DNA of 64,000 nucleotides from Thermofilaceae archaeon (GTDB lineage Archaea; Thermoproteota; Thermoprotei; Thermofilales; Thermofilaceae): NCBI GenBank assembly GCA_038861545.1, contig JAWCCZ010000001.1, positions 320,001 to 384,000 of the forward strand, read 5' to 3'. Shown piece by piece: positions 61,249 to 64,000 of this stretch (position 1 is its first letter; each line of letters starts with the position of its first letter). The notes under the pieces were generated by a model. It saw only the letters and a program-made list of their open reading frames with translations, ran no database searches and was not told where the DNA came from. The position numbers and the translations under genes were made by a program.

Positions 61249-62118
61249 ATGCCAAATGAAGAGCATAAAGGACTGTACAGAGGCTACGCCGAAGGGTATA
61301 CACCTAAGCTTATTTGGAAATCAAAGCCCTCGGTTACAGGATTTTCGCGGAAATACTTGCTAAGCTGCGCTCCCATAATAGCGTATGCTGTATCGGTCCT
61401 TGTTCAGCAGGCCGCTGCTGAAAAGTTCCCGTTTATTCCAGGGACAACTTGGGCAGCGCTTACAATATTACTGTTTCTAGCACTTTCATGGGTTTTAAGA
61501 AGCCCTGAGGCTATGGGGTCAACACTGCTCTCCCTGATCCTACCTGTAATTCTTTCGCTTCTGCAGGGAATTCTGGAAGGCCGCGAGCCCGCGTCATTAT
61601 TTACTTACACGCTAAGCATATACGCCTCCAACTTTGAATGGGGGCTACTCACTGCATCTGTATTAGTGCTGCTAGCTACTGAAGCACGTAGGCAAAGCTT
61701 CACGTATGTGATCACTGAAGCGGGTGTAACTATAAAAGGTGGTATCTGGAGGCGGCAGGAGCACACCATAGTTTATGGATCGATCGGAAGGGTAATATTG
61801 GAGCAGAGCCCCTTTGGGAGGCTTTTTAACTATGGCACAGTAATCCTAGTAAGCCCAGCTGAGTGGGGGTCGGAGTACTATGCTAGATCGACTGGAGTAG
61901 ACTTCGGTAAGGGGACTGCCAAAATGGAGGTAGGCTACGCTAGAGTGCTCAAAGAAGTAAGCAGAGACCCGGGTAAGTGTCTTTACGGGGTTAAAGAGCC
62001 ACGTAAAGTTAAGGAAGCCATCGAGACAATGATTCAGGCTCCCTATAGAGCGGAGATAGATCAAGTAAGGCTTTTAAAAGATATAAAGGAGAACCTTTTC
62101 AAAGATCAAACATCGTAA
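61249..62118 (+). CDS. Membrane protein with a bacterial PH (bPH_2) domain
   Basis: YVIT...GGIW...I...EQSPFGRLFNYGTV. Confidence 0.8.
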   Translation: MPNEEHKGLYRGYAEGYTPKLIWKSKPSVTGFSRKYLLSCAPIIAYAVSVLVQQAAAEKFPFIPGTTWAALTILLFLALSWVLRSPEAMGSTLLSLILPVILSLLQGILEGREPASLFTYTLSIYASNFEWGLLTASVLVLLATEARRQSFTYVITEAGVTIKGGIWRRQEHTIVYGSIGRVILEQSPFGRLFNYGTVILVSPAEWGSEYYARSTGVDFGKGTAKMEVGYARVLKEVSRDPGKCLYGVKEPRKVKEAIETMIQAPYRAEIDQVRLLKDIKENLFKDQTS

Positions 62119-62159
62119 AGCAGGCGTTGGAATGAAGCACGGTTAAACTTTTTGAGGGG

Positions 62160-63131
62160 TTAGCCGGGAGTGCTTCGCAAGAGCTTCACCAGCCTCTTTA
62201 GGTTTACATCTCTATCTTCAATAAAGCGTGCGACATCATCGGCTGTTGGAAGACCCGCCTGAGCTCCTTTTCTCGTAACCTTTAAGGAGGCGACAACGTT
62301 AGCGAAGGTCACGGCTTCTTCTATACTAACCCCCCCAGCGAGGGCGAACGCTAAAGCTCCATTGAACGCGTCACCAGCTCCCACTGTATCAACCACGGGC
62401 ACGTCGAAAGCTGGCACAACTTTTGAAGCATTTTTACTCGCTACCAACGCTCCCCTCTTACCGAGAGTTACGATAACTGAATCCACTCCCCTGTCAAGTA
62501 GCAACAAAGCGCTGTGTTCAGCATCCTCCGTAGATTCTATTTTTTCACCTGTAAGCGCTTCAAGTTCTCTAGCATTCGGCGTAATAATGTTAATGTAATT
62601 GTAAATCTCAGGCGGTAAGGGTTTCACGGGGGCTGGATTAAGTATTGCCAGCTTCCCGTACTCCTTAGCGAGCTTCATCGCCCGCAGCGCGGTCTCTACT
62701 GGGACCTCCAGTTGAGCTATTACAACATTTGATTCTTTAATCGCTGGGAGTGCTTCCTCTACGTCACTTGGAGAAATACACTCGTCAACGCCAGGAGCGA
62801 CTGCGATAACGTTCTCCCCGTGTGCGTCCACGATTATCATAGCTACACCGCTGTGGGATTCACGGTCAACCTTTACATAAGATGTTTCCACCCGGTTCTT
62901 AGCTGCGTTATCTAGGAGCAGCTTACCTACGTAATCCCCACCAACCCGGCTAACGAGATTGCTACAGGCTCCAAGTCTCGCTGCGGCGACTGCTTGGTTT
63001 GCACCCTTACCCCCCGGCTGCATCTCAAAACCGCTGCCGATTACTGTTTCACCAGGTCTAGGCAGGCTCCTTACGTAGACGATGAAATCCATGTGCATCG
63101 TTCCGATGACGCATACACTTGGGCGTTTCAC
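62160..63131 (-). CDS. rbsK: Ribokinase (PfkB family)
   Basis: GGKGANQA, QLE, NPAP, DTVGAGDAF. Confidence 0.9.
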   Translation of the reverse strand: MKRPSVCVIGTMHMDFIVYVRSLPRPGETVIGSGFEMQPGGKGANQAVAAARLGACSNLVSRVGGDYVGKLLLDNAAKNRVETSYVKVDRESHSGVAMIIVDAHGENVIAVAPGVDECISPSDVEEALPAIKESNVVIAQLEVPVETALRAMKLAKEYGKLAILNPAPVKPLPPEIYNYINIITPNARELEALTGEKIESTEDAEHSALLLLDRGVDSVIVTLGKRGALVASKNASKVVPAFDVPVVDTVGAGDAFNGALAFALAGGVSIEEAVTFANVVASLKVTRKGAQAGLPTADDVARFIEDRDVNLKRLVKLLRSTPG

Positions 63132-63205
63132 AGGACATTACAGATAAGCATTATATTAAAGGTGCTCGCGCGAAGAGCTTATATCTTCGCCGCTATAGAG
63201 CATGC

Positions 63206-63978
63206 GTGAGCGATAGTGATAACTACGCCCTATACTACGATCTACTATATTCGCATCGCGACGTTAAAAACGAGACGAATTTCCTAGAACAAGTATTCAG
63301 GAGTACTCTTCCGTTAACGTAAAGAGAATCCTTGACGTGGGTTGCGGTACAGGCATCCATGCGATCGAGCTCGGTAAAAGGGGTTACGAAGTACTAGGCA
63401 TCGACTTTTCCCCAGAGATGATTAAAATAGCCTTTTCGAAAACTAAAGCGGCAGGGCTCTTTAACGTGCATTTCATACAGGCCGATGCCACTCAATGCAA
63501 GCTTGAGGAGGAATTCGACGCGGCTATCGCCATGTACGGTGTACTCAGCTACTTCACCTCCGATGACCTTCTCTTACGCTTTTTCCGCTCTCTCAGAAAA
63601 GCGTTAAAACCGGGCTCGGTATTCGTTTTCGATACTTGGAACCTAATTGGTGTACACAGTAAAAGGGTGTATTATGAAACCCCCTTCGCCAGTTTCAGGA
63701 AATCCGGTTCAATGCTTGCAGTTAAGGAGGAGGAATGGAGAATAGACTTCTTAGAACAAGTGGCGGACGCGGATATCTCGTGGTCTATCATAGACCTGGC
63801 AAAGGGTCTAGTAGATGTTTTCGAACATAAACTTAAGCTCAGGCTTTTTACTCCTAAAGAGCTTACACATGTGCTGAGGGAAACCGGTTTCACCCTTTGC
63901 AAAATCTACGAAGACTACACCTTACGCCCATTCAGTGAGGAAAGCTCTGAGCTTGTGGCTATCGCTAAGGCTATTTAA
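63206..63978 (+). CDS. Class I SAM-dependent methyltransferase, one frameshift
   Basis: YALYYDLLY...ILDVGCGTG...LKPGSVFVFD. One base is missing near 63300 (AGG-AGT where AGG-GAG is needed). Confidence 0.85.
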
Positions 63979-64000
63979 CCTAGGGTTATGTATCTCAAAA

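Noticed and set aside
430-63902. Many short ORFs antisense to or nested in the genes listed (e.g. 1183-1548, 17689-18102, 39268-39861, 58302-58784)
   Set aside because: Shadow ORFs of well-supported genes with no independent motifs.
1-64000. tRNA, rRNA or IS elements
   Set aside because: No cloverleaf or T-loop context, no long GC-rich structural RNA, and no transposase or terminal inverted repeats found by eye.

Overview
Gene-dense window of ordinary archaeal chromosome. Gene content (archaeal RNase HI, XerA, pantoate kinase, CBS-HPF fusion, ECF transporters, many glycoside hydrolases and peptidases, TATA-type promoters) suggests a heterotrophic hyperthermophilic crenarchaeon, probably Thermofilaceae-like (inference). 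About 60 genes cover sugar and peptide scavenging, transport, cofactor salvage and housekeeping. I found no tRNA, rRNA, CRISPR array or transposase. Five genes are broken by single-base indels, nearly all in homopolymer runs, most likely long-read errors; I rebuilt them by hand. Top finding: a tightly coupled APC permease / calcineurin-like phosphoesterase / AbiEii-like nucleotidyltransferase operon behind a palindromic operator and next to a non-pyrrolysine MttB methyltransferase (21.5-26.8 kb), a candidate nucleotidylation writer/eraser or metabolite-activation system. Also notable: an unannotated C/D-box-like RNA with a compensatory kink-turn (42.8 kb), a CBS-HPF ribosome hibernation factor, an ABC system with no binding protein and a split-off winged-helix domain, and a bacterial-type xylulokinase/Rpe pair. 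All family calls come from motif recognition by eye; no database search was run.
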